A stretch of 64,000 nucleotides of DNA from Felis catus (taxonomy: Eukaryota): the NCBI RefSeq assembly GCF_018350175.1, contig NC_058368.1, positions 213,034,001 through 213,098,000 of the forward strand, given 5' to 3'. This document shows positions 63,525 through 64,000 of the stretch, piece after piece. The notes beneath the pieces were generated by a model, which was not told the origin of the DNA, made no database searches, and saw nothing but the letters and a program-made list of their open reading frames with translations. Within the stretch, counting starts at the first letter, position 1, and the number at the start of each line of letters is the position of its first letter. Position numbers and translations under genes: made by a program.

Positions 63525-63859
63525 TTTTTAGATTGAGATATAATTTACATATCATAAAATTCACCTTTTTAAAATATGCAACTCAGTGGGTTTCAGTATA
63601 TTCGCAAGATTGTGTAGCCACTGCCACTATCTGGTTTCAGAACATTGTTATCACCCCAAAAGAAACCCCTTGCCAATCAGCAATCACCCCCTACTCTCTC
63701 CACCAGTCCCTGGCCATCACTAATCTAGTTTCTGTTTCTATCAATTTTCTTATTCTAAACATGTAAATGGAACCCTACAATATGTGGTCTTCTGCGACCT
63801 TTCACTCTCTATTGATTTCAAGCTTATCATGCTGTTGCACATTAGCAGTGTTTCATTAC

Positions 63860-63896
<37 letters not shown>

Positions 63897-64000
63897 CATT
63901 CCTTTTTATGGCTGAATAATATTCCACTGTATGGATATATCCAATTTTGTTTATCCATTCATCACTTGATAGACATTTGGGTTGTTTCTACTTTTTGGCT
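63525..64000 (-). mobile_element. L1MB-like 3' end running off the window, with (TG)n at 63862-63893
   Basis: ttgagatataatttacatatcataaaattcacc...tttttatggctgaataatattccactgtatggatata. Confidence 0.85.

Noticed and set aside
1..64000. A novel multi-gene or defence-type system
   Set aside because: The window is vertebrate DNA explained by SUB1, one retropseudogene and common repeats. I saw no operon, array, unexplained long ORF or foreign insertion.

Overview
This is mammalian genomic DNA, almost certainly from a felid, judged by about 49 tRNA-derived Can-SINEs of the cat-type SINEC family. It contains one intact protein-coding gene, SUB1 (PC4, 127 aa), on the minus strand. SUB1 has a non-coding exon 1 in a CpG-island promoter near 38.1 kb, four GT-AG-flanked coding exons (72+123+109+80 = 384 nt), and a SINE-free 3' UTR of about 3 kb with several polyadenylation signals. 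A decayed RPL21 processed pseudogene lies at about 53.1-53.7 kb on the plus strand. The rest is intergenic or intronic DNA with SINEs, L1/L2/MIR relics, MaLR/ERVL/ERV1 LTRs and hAT DNA-transposon fossils. Nearly all ORFs in the supplied track are spurious, being SINE- or CpG-island-derived. I found no convincing new biological system. The best leads are modest: a Thr-Pro-Glu-Lys motif in PC4 where human has Ala, a young antisense SINE offering a cryptic acceptor 163 nt after exon 3, inverted SINE pairs around exon 3, a miR-101/144 seed cluster partitioned by alternative poly(A) sites, two triplicated retrotransposon target sites, and a strong SINE strand bias. Repeat subfamily names and comparisons with human come from my recollection of consensus sequences, and repeat boundaries are approximate.
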